Virus record (IMG/VR): IMGVR_UViG_3300036804_000025
Location: 1 to 56,550 of that record
DNA length: 56,550 nucleotides
Source: a virus
Taxonomy: Duplodnaviria > Caudoviricetes
Strand: one strand, 5' to 3'
Both the position numbers and the translations under genes were made by a program. Of the stretch, positions 7,435-17,140 are shown piece by piece. The notes under the pieces were generated by a model, which saw nothing but the letters and a program-made list of their open reading frames with translations, did no database searches and was not told the origin of the DNA. Each line of letters starts with the position of its first letter. Positions within the stretch are counted from its first letter, which is position 1.

Positions 7435-7788
7435 GTGAGAGTGGAAAGGCACCAAATAATGAAGCTTTCTATTGATTCGCGTGTGATTGCCCCGGCTGAG
7501 AAGCTGGCAATGCTCGGTAAGCGCAGTGCCCTTATAGGGGCAGGCATCATGCATCAGAGCCTTTCCGAAGAGACCGGCCGCCACTGGGCTAGCCGGGACC
7601 GCCACGAGCGGGGAGAGTCCATCTCGGCAGTTCTGTCCCCTGACCTCTCCGAGGACGAGCTTTACCAGCTCGGACAGTGGGTGGGAGACGGGTTCGAGAA
7701 GATCCACGACGAGCACCAGGCCGGTACTCAGAACGTGCTTGGCCTTCCCGTCGTTGCCGTTCAGATCTACATCAAGGAGACCGCGTGA
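7435..7788 (+). CDS. Hypothetical protein (start uncertain)
   Basis: ORF with GTGA overlap into next gene. Confidence 0.65.
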   Translation: MRVERHQIMKLSIDSRVIAPAEKLAMLGKRSALIGAGIMHQSLSEETGRHWASRDRHERGESISAVLSPDLSEDELYQLGQWVGDGFEKIHDEHQAGTQNVLGLPVVAVQIYIKETA

Positions 7789-8564
7789 AGCCCACTTCCG
7801 TCAGTCAGCACACTCAGCTTGTCCAGTGCTCGGAGGCACACCGCCTACAGCGCATTGAGCGGGTACCCCAGCTCCAGGCCGCGTGGTTCCATCACGGGAC
7901 GGCCTTTCACTCCGCCATCGAGGAGTACGAGCGCTCTGGCCGGGCCATGCCCGTTGAAGAGGCCGTGAAGGTCTTTGAGACCGCGTATGACGCCCTGGTT
8001 GAGCAGGGACAGGCCAAGCAGCCGGACTACGGCAAGTGGATGGCAGGGGGCCGTACACGGCCCCAGACGGACATCCGTAGCCGTCGGCTCAAGGGTGCGG
8101 CCATGGTGCACGCCTACTACGAGTGGGCAGAACAGGACGAGTCCTCTATCTGGACTACCCCTGATGGCACTAAGGCCATCGAGCTTGCCTTTGATATCGA
8201 CTTGTACGGTATCCAGGTCAAGGGCTTCATTGACCAAGTGGTCGAAGATCCCTATCTTGGACTAGTAGTCCGAGACCTCAAGACCGGTACTACTCGCACT
8301 GTGATCCAGCTCGCTACCTATAAGGTGGCTATCGAGATGATCTATGGTGTTACAGTCAATTGGGGTGACTGGTGGGTTGGCAAGTACGGCACTGCCACTA
8401 AGCCGGTAGACCTTCGGGAGTTCACCCCTGAGTGGTTGGCGAACCAGTACAAGGCGTCCACGGTCATCCGTGACCAGGGCCTGTGGTTCGCCAACGTCGG
8501 CCCCCACTGCTTCGCCTGCACGGTCAAGGGCTCGTGCTTCGCGTACAGCCAAGAACCCTCGTAA
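7785..8564 (+). CDS. Cas4/RecB-like PD-(D/E)XK exonuclease
   Basis: GTG 7785 with AAGGAG; SVSQ...C, GTAFHSAIE, KGFIDQV...VRDLKTG, QLATY, C-terminal C..C.V...C. Confidence 0.88.
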   Translation: MKPTSVSQHTQLVQCSEAHRLQRIERVPQLQAAWFHHGTAFHSAIEEYERSGRAMPVEEAVKVFETAYDALVEQGQAKQPDYGKWMAGGRTRPQTDIRSRRLKGAAMVHAYYEWAEQDESSIWTTPDGTKAIELAFDIDLYGIQVKGFIDQVVEDPYLGLVVRDLKTGTTRTVIQLATYKVAIEMIYGVTVNWGDWWVGKYGTATKPVDLREFTPEWLANQYKASTVIRDQGLWFANVGPHCFACTVKGSCFAYSQEPS

Positions 8565-8642
8565 CCCTTTTTTTTGGCCCCGTACTTGACTCGTGGGGAA
8601 TCCTGAGTCATACTGGAAGAGTAGTAAGGAAGGAACCACAAG

Positions 8643-9458
8643 GTGTACAGCCTTAGTCAGATGAGGCGTGTTCGGGGAGAAGCCGGAGAGCCTATCCCCT
8701 CCCCCTTCCCCGGCCTTGAGAAGATGGAAGCCCAGTTCCGGCGCGGTGAGTTCTCCATCGTCGCTGCTGGTCCTGGTACCGGTAAGTCCATCTTCTCTCT
8801 GACACTCGCTATCGAGTGCAAGCGCCCAGTGCTTTACTTCTCGGCAGACTCCAATGCCGCGACACAGCTAACCCGAGCCGGGTCTATGCTTACCGGCATA
8901 CCTTCTAAGAAGATGAAGGAGAAGGTTCGTAATGATGATCTGGACGACGTAGAGTCGATACTGTCGGAACGATGGTGGCTCCGATTCGACCTTGACGCAC
9001 AGCCCTCTATAGAGGACGTTGAGAACAAGGTCGCTGCCTATCAAGAGGTATACGGCACAGACCCTCACCTCATCATCCTTGACAACATCACCAACATTGA
9101 GTCCGATGCCGGTGATGCCGAGACCTTCACCTTTGGCCTTGAGGCCCTTTGTGACTGGTCCAACAGCATGGCAAAGGCAACCGGCGCACACGTGCTAGCG
9201 TTGCATCACGTAACTGGTGAGTATTCGGATGGTCTTAAGCCAATCCCTCTCTCTGGTATCAAGGGCAAGATCGGTCGAGTACCTAGTATGGTCCTCACCA
9301 TTCACAAGGACGTAGACGACATGGGGTCACAGACTCTCCACGTCTCTCCTGTGAAGAACCGAGAAGGCTTCTCTGATCCTTCTGGTAACACCTTCGTGTC
9401 TTACCGGTTTGACACAGATCGCCTCTCTCTTACAGAGTTGGACGAGTCAGCGTTCTAG
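8643..9458 (+). CDS. DnaB/RecA-family helicase-like ATPase
   Basis: Walker A AGPGTGKS, Walker B LIILDNI, LHH motif. Confidence 0.88.
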   Translation: MYSLSQMRRVRGEAGEPIPSPFPGLEKMEAQFRRGEFSIVAAGPGTGKSIFSLTLAIECKRPVLYFSADSNAATQLTRAGSMLTGIPSKKMKEKVRNDDLDDVESILSERWWLRFDLDAQPSIEDVENKVAAYQEVYGTDPHLIILDNITNIESDAGDAETFTFGLEALCDWSNSMAKATGAHVLALHHVTGEYSDGLKPIPLSGIKGKIGRVPSMVLTIHKDVDDMGSQTLHVSPVKNREGFSDPSGNTFVSYRFDTDRLSLTELDESAF

Positions 9459-9505
9459 CCTCTTTTTTGAGACAAAACTTGACTCGTGGGGAAGGAGGTG
9501 ATTAG

Positions 9506-9925
9506 ATGGGAACTAAGGAGATGCGGATATGCACTCGATGCGAGCGCAACCGCAACGTCAAGTTCTTCTCAGGGCCTCGCGGCCGGGTCTGCGTCACCTG
9601 CCAGAAGCGGTCGAGGAGCAAGGCCAGTCACGAAACCAGGGTCACGGCCACGTACGGCCTGGAGCCCGGCGAGTATGACCAGCTCTTCCAGGCCCAGGGC
9701 GGCGCGTGCGCCATCTGTGGGGGGAAGCGCCGACAACGGCTCTCCGTGGACCACGACCACAAGTCCGGCCTCGTACGGGGCCTCCTGTGCCGGATGTGCA
9801 ACGGACGGCTTCTGACAGCAGCTCGGGACAAGCCCGATGTGCTCAGGTCGGCCGCCGACTACCTAGACGAACCCCCAGCTCTCCGGATCTTGGGAGAGCG
9901 GTACCACCAGACAGACGGCAAGTAA
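9506..9925 (+). CDS. Endonuclease VII (Holliday junction resolvase)
   Basis: Q.G.CAIC...LSVDHDH.SGLVRGLLC..CN. Confidence 0.92.
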   Translation: MGTKEMRICTRCERNRNVKFFSGPRGRVCVTCQKRSRSKASHETRVTATYGLEPGEYDQLFQAQGGACAICGGKRRQRLSVDHDHKSGLVRGLLCRMCNGRLLTAARDKPDVLRSAADYLDEPPALRILGERYHQTDGK

Positions 9926-9974
9926 TGCCGGTTAGTTCAGTAAGTTCAGTTCCCTCGGAAGGGCTCTCATCATC

Positions 9975-10217
9975 ATGACTGCGTACGCTGGCTTCTCCGC
10001 TGACCTCGGTAACAAGCTCACCGCTGGTCGTCAGATCACTGACCCGCTTGAGAAGGCCGTCGTCCAGCACTCCTACACCGCGAAGCAGGAGCAGGCCCGC
10101 CCCACCCGGCACTACGGCTTCCCCGTCAAGGCCCGCTTCCAGACCGCCGAGGACCGTGCCCGGCTGGCTGAGCTTCGTTCCCGTCGAGCTGTGAAGTCCC
10201 CCTTCGCTCCTTTCTAA
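9975..10217 (+). CDS. Hypothetical protein
   Basis: RBS GAAGGG; phage-like codon usage; flanked by motif B and operator. Confidence 0.7.
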   Translation: MTAYAGFSADLGNKLTAGRQITDPLEKAVVQHSYTAKQEQARPTRHYGFPVKARFQTAEDRARLAELRSRRAVKSPFAPF

Positions 10218-10245
10218 CCAAAATCTTGACTCGTGGGGAAACGGC

Positions 10246-10605
10246 ATGAAGCCCAGCATCAAGCTTGTCCTTGAGTCGTACGGGTTCGAGTCCATTCGGG
10301 ACGTGGACAGGTGGCAGAAGGTGAAGTGTGCCTTCCATGGGGAGCGCAATGCCTCTGCCTCTGTCCACACCGGAGAGAACCGGTTCAAGTGCTTTGCCTG
10401 TGACATCTCAGGTGACTCGTTCGACATCATCATGAATCAGGAAGGGATCGACTTCCTTGAAGCTCGGAAGTTCGCGGAACAGCGATATGGGTTCCGCAAT
10501 GAAGAAGTACGCGGCGGCCTTCGTGGGAAGTCCAGCCGAGGAGTACATAGCCAACAAGCGGGGACTGGGAAGCCTAGGCGAACGTTTCAATCTGGGCTTC
10601 GTTGA
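10246..10605 (+). CDS. DNA primase, CHC2 zinc-finger subunit
   Basis: CAFHGERNASASV...FKCFAC..SGD. Confidence 0.88.
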   Translation: MKPSIKLVLESYGFESIRDVDRWQKVKCAFHGERNASASVHTGENRFKCFACDISGDSFDIIMNQEGIDFLEARKFAEQRYGFRNEEVRGGLRGKSSRGVHSQQAGTGKPRRTFQSGLR

Positions 10606-11110
10606 GGATCCGATCCCAGGGCATGACAGGGCGCGAGGAATGCTGGCAGTGCCTTACCTCCGTCCGGCAGGAACGTCTTACACGGCCACTATCCGCTTCC
10701 GGTGCATCCAGGACCACGACTGTAAGGAAGCGGGTCACGGGAAGTACTACAGCCTTCCTGGTGACCGCCCGAGGCTCTACAACTCAAAGGCTCTGATCGG
10801 GGGAAGTCCTTATGTGGGAATCGCTGAAGGAGAAATGGACGCTCTCTCTGCTGAGGCTTGCGGGATCCCCTGTGTGGGAATCGCCGGAGTCAGCGGATGG
10901 CGAGATCACTTCCTCCCCGGACTCAGTGGATACAACACGGTGTACATCTTCGGAGACAACGACGACGCAGGCCAGGGAGCCGAGTTCGCAGACAAGGTAG
11001 CCGCACAGGTTCCTAACGCAAAGGTCATCCTCATGCCGAGTGGTCATGACCTCAACTCCGCTTACCGGGAATTCGGCCCCGAGGCCGTACGAAACATGAT
11101 TGGGCTCTGA
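10457..11110 (+). CDS. DNA primase, TOPRIM subunit (overlaps the Zn-finger ORF in another frame)
   Basis: LAVPYL, IAEGEMDAL, FGDNDDAG, DLN motifs. Confidence 0.9.
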   Translation: MKLGSSRNSDMGSAMKKYAAAFVGSPAEEYIANKRGLGSLGERFNLGFVEDPIPGHDRARGMLAVPYLRPAGTSYTATIRFRCIQDHDCKEAGHGKYYSLPGDRPRLYNSKALIGGSPYVGIAEGEMDALSAEACGIPCVGIAGVSGWRDHFLPGLSGYNTVYIFGDNDDAGQGAEFADKVAAQVPNAKVILMPSGHDLNSAYREFGPEAVRNMIGL

Positions 11111-11111
11111 G

Positions 11112-11546
11112 ATGTTTGAATTCGACTTCGACTACAACGAGAAGTTCACTGCCGGGGATCACATCAAGGTCACCTCGGGAGTTTACGAGGGCCTGGCAGG
11201 AATGGTTGTAGGTATCTGGCCGGACAGCATCTTCCCGTACGAGGTAGAGCTTGATGACGCCGTGGACATGAAGACCTGGTGCTTCCACGAAACCGAGCTG
11301 GCGCTTGACTACCCCGAGCTGGTCACCGAGGCCGACGACGTGAACCACCCCTCGCACTATGCGGAAGGCTTCTCGAATGGTGCCGAGGTAATCGACATCA
11401 CCGAGAACCTGAATTTCAACCGGGGCAATGCTGTGAAGTATCTCGCCCGTGCCGGTAAGAAGGATCCCTCTAAGGAGATGCAGGATCTCATGAAGGCCCG
11501 GTTCTACATTGAGCGCGAGATTGCCCGCATGGAGGCCGCCAAGTGA
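11112..11546 (+). CDS. KOW/SH3-like plus DUF3310-like protein
   Basis: D.VNHPSHY...EVIDI...NFNRGNAVKYLARAGKK...DL.KA. Confidence 0.8.
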   Translation: MFEFDFDYNEKFTAGDHIKVTSGVYEGLAGMVVGIWPDSIFPYEVELDDAVDMKTWCFHETELALDYPELVTEADDVNHPSHYAEGFSNGAEVIDITENLNFNRGNAVKYLARAGKKDPSKEMQDLMKARFYIEREIARMEAAK

Positions 11547-11869
11547 GCAGCATGTATTACCACCCGACTGAGAACGGCGTTCACTTCGTCGGAGACGTTG
11601 ATCTCGGGGACTACGACTTCAACATGTTTGCTGTCTTTCAGCGAATGGAGGACAAGGCCCTCTTCTATGGTGAGGACTCCGGTTGTTCATGCAATATCCC
11701 GTTCGAGGATTTCAAGTTCGATGAACTGACTCGCATCACGGATATCGCAGAGTTCCACAAGGTTGCTCGCAAGTGGATTCGTGAGCGCAGTGGTACCGCC
11801 CATGAGCGGGATGCCATGGAACGTCTGATCGTCAAGACTCGTCAGCTCTACCGGAAGGCCGCCAAGTAA
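11543..11869 (+). CDS. Hypothetical protein
   Basis: Translationally coupled; DSGCSC motif. Confidence 0.8.
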   Translation: MSSMYYHPTENGVHFVGDVDLGDYDFNMFAVFQRMEDKALFYGEDSGCSCNIPFEDFKFDELTRITDIAEFHKVARKWIRERSGTAHERDAMERLIVKTRQLYRKAAK

Positions 11870-12222
11870 TGCCGTTCTTCACCTTTAACCAGAACAACTC
11901 TGGTGGCTCCTTCGCCTACGAAGAGAAGTCTGGTATCTCGCACTTCGTCATTGTTGAGGCCGACAACGCCAAGAAGGCGCTTGCCACTGCCGAGGAAATC
12001 GGCCTCTACTTCGACGGCTACGGGGACTGCCGTTGCTGCGGTGACCGCTGGTCGGACTACGTGGACGACGAAGACGGCACCGAGGAGCCGACCATCTATG
12101 ACCAGCCGGTAAGCGACTACTTCAAGCGGGAGTTCGCATCCAAGTGGATTGATGGCTTTGAAGCCTTCGTCCACTACGAGGATGGGCGTATTGAAGGCCA
12201 CCTGAAGGGGAAGCGCAAGTGA
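11869..12222 (+). CDS. Hypothetical phage protein
   Basis: F.QNNSGGSF...DC.CCGDRW; coupled. Confidence 0.8.
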   Translation: MPFFTFNQNNSGGSFAYEEKSGISHFVIVEADNAKKALATAEEIGLYFDGYGDCRCCGDRWSDYVDDEDGTEEPTIYDQPVSDYFKREFASKWIDGFEAFVHYEDGRIEGHLKGKRK

Positions 12223-12548
12223 CTGACATCCGAGAAGTCAAGCTCCCTAAGTGGGCACAGGCTGAGCTTGCGGACCTTCGCCTTAAGCTCCGTCGTGCAG
12301 AGACTCACATTGAGGAACTGCGGGCCGCAATCCCCAAGTCCAACGTTCGTATTGAGGACTACCGGGACCAGGATCGATACCTTCCTCAGAATGCCCGCGT
12401 CGCCTTCTCCTTGGACGTGGAGCGTGGCTACCGGCGAGAGATCGTCGTGAACATCAGTGACAACGGCTTCCTTGAAGTCCGGGGCTACACGGGCCTTGTG
12501 GTTGTCCCTCACGTCTCTAACGTCGTCAAGATTGGATTTGCCCGATGA
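12219..12548 (+). CDS. Hypothetical protein
   Basis: GTGA overlap; KLPKWAQ coiled-coil start. Confidence 0.8.
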   Translation: MTDIREVKLPKWAQAELADLRLKLRRAETHIEELRAAIPKSNVRIEDYRDQDRYLPQNARVAFSLDVERGYRREIVVNISDNGFLEVRGYTGLVVVPHVSNVVKIGFAR

Positions 12549-13285
12549 AGATTCTCACCCTCGATATCGAGACCTCCCCGAATATGGCCTACGTGTGGGG
12601 GATGTTCAAGCAGAACGTTGGTCTTACTCAGCTTATCGAGACTGGCGAAGTGATGTGCTTCGCTGCCAAGTGGTACGGCTCCAAGAACGTCATGTACTAC
12701 AGCACGCACCACGACGGCAAGGAGACCATGCTTGAGCGGGCTCACGAGCTTCTGTCCGATGCTGACGCGGTAGTCCACTACAACGGCAAGCGGTTCGACA
12801 TCCCTCACCTGAACCGGGCATTCCTTGAGGCCGGTATGACTCCTCCGGCTCCGTTCGCTCAGATTGACCTTCTTCAGGTGGCTAAGCGCCAGTTCCGCTT
12901 CACATCCAACAAGCTGGACCACGTGGCACAGCAGCTCGGTATTGGCTCCAAGACCTCTCATACAGGCTTCCAGCTCTGGATTGACTGTATGGCTGGCAAG
13001 GAAGAGGCTTGGGACCTTATGCGGACGTACAACAAGCAGGATGTTGTACTTACGGAAGAGGTCTATGACGAGCTTCTGCCCTGGATCCCCTCTCACCCGA
13101 ACCAGCGTCTCTACCTTGGCGGTGCAGAGGATCTGTGCCCCAACTGTGGCGGCACTGAGCTTAAGAAGCAGGGTAAGGCTTACACCGCCGTATCAGTCTT
13201 CCAGCGCTTTGTTTGCAATGACTGTGGCAAGTGGACTCGTGGGAACAAGCGATTGGACTCGTCCTCTATTACTAGTGTAAAGTAG
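12545..13285 (+). CDS. DnaQ/RNase H-like 3'-5' exonuclease with C-terminal Zn ribbon
   Basis: LDIET, HYNGKRFDIP, YNKQDV, CPNC...CNDC. Confidence 0.88.
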   Translation: MKILTLDIETSPNMAYVWGMFKQNVGLTQLIETGEVMCFAAKWYGSKNVMYYSTHHDGKETMLERAHELLSDADAVVHYNGKRFDIPHLNRAFLEAGMTPPAPFAQIDLLQVAKRQFRFTSNKLDHVAQQLGIGSKTSHTGFQLWIDCMAGKEEAWDLMRTYNKQDVVLTEEVYDELLPWIPSHPNQRLYLGGAEDLCPNCGGTELKKQGKAYTAVSVFQRFVCNDCGKWTRGNKRLDSSSITSVK

Positions 13286-13318
13286 ATATGTAGGGCCAGT
13301 TAGCTAGGAAGGAAACGC

Positions 13319-13885
13319 ATGAAGGTTATTAACTGGGATGACGTGTCTGATGTTGCTGGTCGGGCCGCTAAGGCTGTAGCGCGTGACTGGCGCATCGTTG
13401 AGGCTGATGACCTCAAGCAGGAGTGCATGACTTGGGCCTACGAGAACAAGGAAGCCCTTGGTGAGAATCCCGAAGTTCTGTACGGGGTCTTCCGTAAGGT
13501 GGCTACTCGGGTTGCCACCAAGGAGCGGGATTACCAGGACATGATGTTGAACGAGTACTGGTACACCCCGGCCGAAGTCCGGAAGGTGCTTAAGAGCATC
13601 CGGGACGGTAGCGCTCAGGACACCATGAAGCTTGAGAACCTGGACACGTGCTCTATCGATGACTCTAAGGTCATTGCCCGAGCCGATGTGGTTAAGGCTT
13701 TCAAGACCCTTCCTTACAACTACAAGATGCTTCTCTTCCGCAAGTTCATCCTTGACGAGAAGCTGTCCGAGGCAGACCGCAAGGCAAGCTATGACGCCGT
13801 GTACCGGCTTACCGTGCTTGTGAACCGTGGCACCGCTAAGACCACTCGTGAGATCAACCAGTCCAAGGGGGCCATGTATGTCTGA
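13319..13885 (+). CDS. Sigma-70/SigK-like RNA polymerase sigma factor
   Basis: EADDLKQE region-2-like; ADV.KAF..LP region-4-like; same position as in cluster A-like phages. Confidence 0.7.
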   Translation: MKVINWDDVSDVAGRAAKAVARDWRIVEADDLKQECMTWAYENKEALGENPEVLYGVFRKVATRVATKERDYQDMMLNEYWYTPAEVRKVLKSIRDGSAQDTMKLENLDTCSIDDSKVIARADVVKAFKTLPYNYKMLLFRKFILDEKLSEADRKASYDAVYRLTVLVNRGTAKTTREINQSKGAMYV

Positions 13886-14144
13886 AGTCGTTCTCCTTAA
13901 GAGCCCTACTTGTCAGCCCTGTAAGAAGTTCCTGCCTGTGGTCATGTCGGCTGTGACCGATCTGGAGCTTCCCCTTCGAGTCATCGACGTCACCAAGGTC
14001 CCTGACGCCGTTGAGCGCTACCAGGTGACCGCTGTACCGACTCTCATCCTGGAGAGCGACGGGGAGAACCCCGAGGAGCTGTACCGCCTTGTGGGGCCTA
14101 CCACGAAGGTTGAACTGGTCGATCTTCTGCGAGCATTTTCTTGA
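13878..14144 (+). CDS. Thioredoxin/NrdH-like redoxin
   Basis: CQPC active site, VTAVPTL; adjacent to RNR. Confidence 0.88.
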   Translation: MSEVVLLKSPTCQPCKKFLPVVMSAVTDLELPLRVIDVTKVPDAVERYQVTAVPTLILESDGENPEELYRLVGPTTKVELVDLLRAFS

Positions 14145-14225
14145 CTCGTGGGGAAAACTGACGTAACTTAGAGGTTGTGGGGCCCTTCGGGGCCCCTCCC
14201 TCTGCCACTTTGGATAGGAACTGGT

Positions 14226-16274
14226 TTGTCTGACACTCTGATTGACGGCTACTTCAAGAACGAGACCGCAGCCACGGTGTACCGCCGTACGTACTCCCGT
14301 ACCAAGCCGAACGGCCAGAAGGAGACTTGGCCCGAGACGGTTCGGCGCGTGGTTGATGGCAACCTGTCGATGGTTGACCCCTGGTTCATCGAGGACAACG
14401 AGCGAGAGCGCCTTATTGACCTGATCCAGGGCTTCAAGCTGGTTCCGGCTGGTCGTCACCTCAAGTCGGTTGGAGTCAATGACTTCGCCCTCAACAACTG
14501 TTGGCACTCGGGATGGTCCGAGGATCCCGCCGAGCACTTCGAGTTCACGCTTATGCGACTCGCTGAAGGTGGCGGCGTCGGAGCCAACTACAGCAACAAG
14601 TACGTTGGCGTGATGCCTCCTGTGGCCCGTCCGACAGAGACTCACATCGTCTGCCGTGAGGATCACCCGGACTTCCTTGACATGGTTGAGGCTGGTCTCA
14701 TCTCCACGGAGTACAGCCCTGATTGGCACGGGGCCTACCAGGTTGCCGACTCCCGAGAGGGTTGGGCAAAGGCCCTCGGTGATCTGATCCGTAACGCCCA
14801 TGACCCGAGGACCAAGCACACGGCCCGCGTCTATGACGTGTCCCTCGTGCGTGAGAAGGGTGCCGTCCTCAAGACCTTTGGTGGTACCGCTTCGGGCCCC
14901 CAGCCCTTCGCTAGCCTCCTGACCAATGTCGGCAAGATCCTGAACTCCAAGGTCTACGTTGACGCCGAGGATCCGAACGGCCTCGTTCGTATCGCCGGGG
15001 CCAAGCTCACTGGCATGGACGCCATGGAGATTGATCACGAAATCGCACAGTGCATCGTCTCTGGTGGTGTTCGGCGTTCTGCGCGAATGGCCATCATGCA
15101 TTGGCAGGATCCCCAGATTCACCAGTTCATCGACTCTAAGGCCGACTTCTCTAAGCACTGGACTACCAACATCAGTGTTGAAGTGGACGACAACTTCTTC
15201 AACCTGATTAACAAGTTCTCTTCTCCGTCTTATCCGATCCTTCGTAAGATCGCTGAAGGTGTCCATAAGAACGGTGAACCCGGTATCTGGAATAGCTCCC
15301 AGTCTGCTATTGGTGAGCCTATCCCTCCGACTTCCACTAACCCGTGTGGCGAAATCACGCTTAACGAGTGGGAGCCGTGCTGCCTTGGTCATGTGAATCT
15401 CTCTGCCTTCCTTCTCGATGGCGGTCCTGACTATGTTGGCCTCCTTGAGGCTCACCGCCTTATGACTCGCTTCCTTATCCGTGCTACCCATGCAAAGGTT
15501 GAGGATCCGAAGTCTCAGGCCATCATTGAGAAGAATCGACGTATTGGGGTTGGGCACCTTGGCTTTGCTGAGTACCTTGCTGCTGGTGTTTACGGAGAGC
15601 TTGACAACGCTGCATCCGACATCTCCGAGTTTGCTGCTGAAGTGGATGAGGCAGCGATCGAGTATTGCCACCAGCTTCGTATCCCTGTACCTGTAAAGAA
15701 GCGCACCATCGCCCCTACCGGCTCCATCTCAAAGCTTGCTGGTGTGAGTGGTGAGGGTATCCACCCCATCTTTGCTAAGTACTTCCTCCGTCGTATCCGC
15801 TTCTCCAACATTGAGCCGGATGAGGCACGACAGATCGCAGAGTACGAGGAGAAGGGTTACCACACCGAGCCGGATATCTACGCGGCCAATACGACCGTGG
15901 TGGAGATCCCGACTAAGGATCCGATCCTTGAGCTTGTCTCAGATCCGAGCCTTGTCCGTGCGGCTCATGAAATGGACCTTGAAGAGCATTTGGAAATCCA
16001 GCAGATGTACCAGGACTGCTGGGCTGACAATGCTGTCTCGTACACCGTGAACTTCGATCCCGAGACTGTGACCGTTGATGAGCTTGTGGACGCTCTGAAG
16101 GCGTATGGAGCCACGCTGAAGGGAACTACTTGCTTCCCCGAGGCCACACGGCCCCAGTCGCCCTATCAGCGACTCACCGAGGAGCAGTACGGCTACCTCG
16201 TTGAGGCTCTGGGGGAAGAGTCCATGGAGTCTGGCTTCGATGAGGCTTGCGCTACTGGTGCTTGCCCGATCTGA
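14226..16274 (+). CDS. nrdJ: Class II (B12-dependent) ribonucleotide reductase
   Basis: RTYSR..ETW, PAGR, NNC, SGGVRRSA, TNPCGEI, IAPTGSIS, C-terminal CATGACPI; TTG start after GATAGGA. Confidence 0.93.
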   Translation: MSDTLIDGYFKNETAATVYRRTYSRTKPNGQKETWPETVRRVVDGNLSMVDPWFIEDNERERLIDLIQGFKLVPAGRHLKSVGVNDFALNNCWHSGWSEDPAEHFEFTLMRLAEGGGVGANYSNKYVGVMPPVARPTETHIVCREDHPDFLDMVEAGLISTEYSPDWHGAYQVADSREGWAKALGDLIRNAHDPRTKHTARVYDVSLVREKGAVLKTFGGTASGPQPFASLLTNVGKILNSKVYVDAEDPNGLVRIAGAKLTGMDAMEIDHEIAQCIVSGGVRRSARMAIMHWQDPQIHQFIDSKADFSKHWTTNISVEVDDNFFNLINKFSSPSYPILRKIAEGVHKNGEPGIWNSSQSAIGEPIPPTSTNPCGEITLNEWEPCCLGHVNLSAFLLDGGPDYVGLLEAHRLMTRFLIRATHAKVEDPKSQAIIEKNRRIGVGHLGFAEYLAAGVYGELDNAASDISEFAAEVDEAAIEYCHQLRIPVPVKKRTIAPTGSISKLAGVSGEGIHPIFAKYFLRRIRFSNIEPDEARQIAEYEEKGYHTEPDIYAANTTVVEIPTKDPILELVSDPSLVRAAHEMDLEEHLEIQQMYQDCWADNAVSYTVNFDPETVTVDELVDALKAYGATLKGTTCFPEATRPQSPYQRLTEEQYGYLVEALGEESMESGFDEACATGACPI

Positions 16275-16376
16275 GCTTGACTCGTGGGGACTTCTAGTCC
16301 ATACTTGAAGGAGTAGGGGCGCTTCACGGCGCCCCACCCTTCTGACCCAAATCTTGACTCGTGGGAAACAAGGAGA

Positions 16377-16871
16377 ATGACCGTGGCTGATCCGTTTGCC
16401 GTAGACGACAACCCGTGGGACGAACCCACCACCAACACCGACACCTTCACCGAGGAGAAGCAGCCTATGACCGTTGGCACTGATTTCGAGGCGTACACCA
16501 TCACCCTGAAGTTTGGTGGCGGCTATGACGCCCCGTGGGCCGTGATCCGAGCTGGTGACGCTGAGACCGCCAAGGAGCGCATCCAGGAAGCCCAGCGAAC
16601 GGGCCTGCTTGAGATGATCGCCAAGGCTTCTGGTCACGTGTCTACGCTGATTGGTGACAAGCCGTCTGGTGGCGGTCAGAGCCGCCCGGCCCCGCGTACT
16701 GGTGGTGGTAGCCAGGCCCCGGCTGAGACCGTTGACGGTGACTCGTGCACCCACGGCCGCCGACTGGTGGATAAGGGTTCCTGGGCTGCCAAGTTCTGTG
16801 GCCACCCCGACAAGTCCCAGCAGTGCGAGCCGCTTTGGCGTGACAAGCAGGGCAACTTCAAGGCTAAGTAA
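16377..16871 (+). CDS. Hypothetical protein with C-terminal C.HG...C..C motif (possible ssDNA-binding)
   Basis: AAGGAG RBS; TLKFGGGYDAPW motif. Confidence 0.8.
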   Translation: MTVADPFAVDDNPWDEPTTNTDTFTEEKQPMTVGTDFEAYTITLKFGGGYDAPWAVIRAGDAETAKERIQEAQRTGLLEMIAKASGHVSTLIGDKPSGGGQSRPAPRTGGGSQAPAETVDGDSCTHGRRLVDKGSWAAKFCGHPDKSQQCEPLWRDKQGNFKAK

Positions 16872-16942
16872 GCCAGTTTTCATTTAACCCAAATCTTGAC
16901 ACGTGGGTAAGGGGGCCGAAAGGCCCCCGCCCGAGGAGAACT

Positions 16943-17140
16943 ATGCGCATCAATGTCAACCGAATCGTCACTGTGGACATGTCCCTCACTGAGATTGAGG
17001 CGGCTGCTATGGCGGCTGGTCTTCAGGATTCCCTGAACAACCCGTCGAGCACGCTTACCCCGAATAACCGGGAGATCATCGGCGGCATTCTGAACGGCCT
17101 CTTTGCCAGCCTGGACGCCACGAGCGGCGACACCCTGTGA
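16943..17140 (+). CDS. Hypothetical protein
   Basis: GAGGAG RBS. Confidence 0.75.
   Translation: MRINVNRIVTVDMSLTEIEAAAMAAGLQDSLNNPSSTLTPNNREIIGGILNGLFASLDATSGDTL

Noticed and set aside
13232-13245. GGACTCGTGGGA inside the exonuclease gene as an operator
   Set aside because: Lacks the TTG start and lies in coding sequence; could be chance
13854-15671. 605-aa minus-strand ORF (also 46220..47875, 54966..56153, 36657..37799, 42408..43364)
   Set aside because: Antisense shadows of well-supported genes caused by codon bias; no motifs
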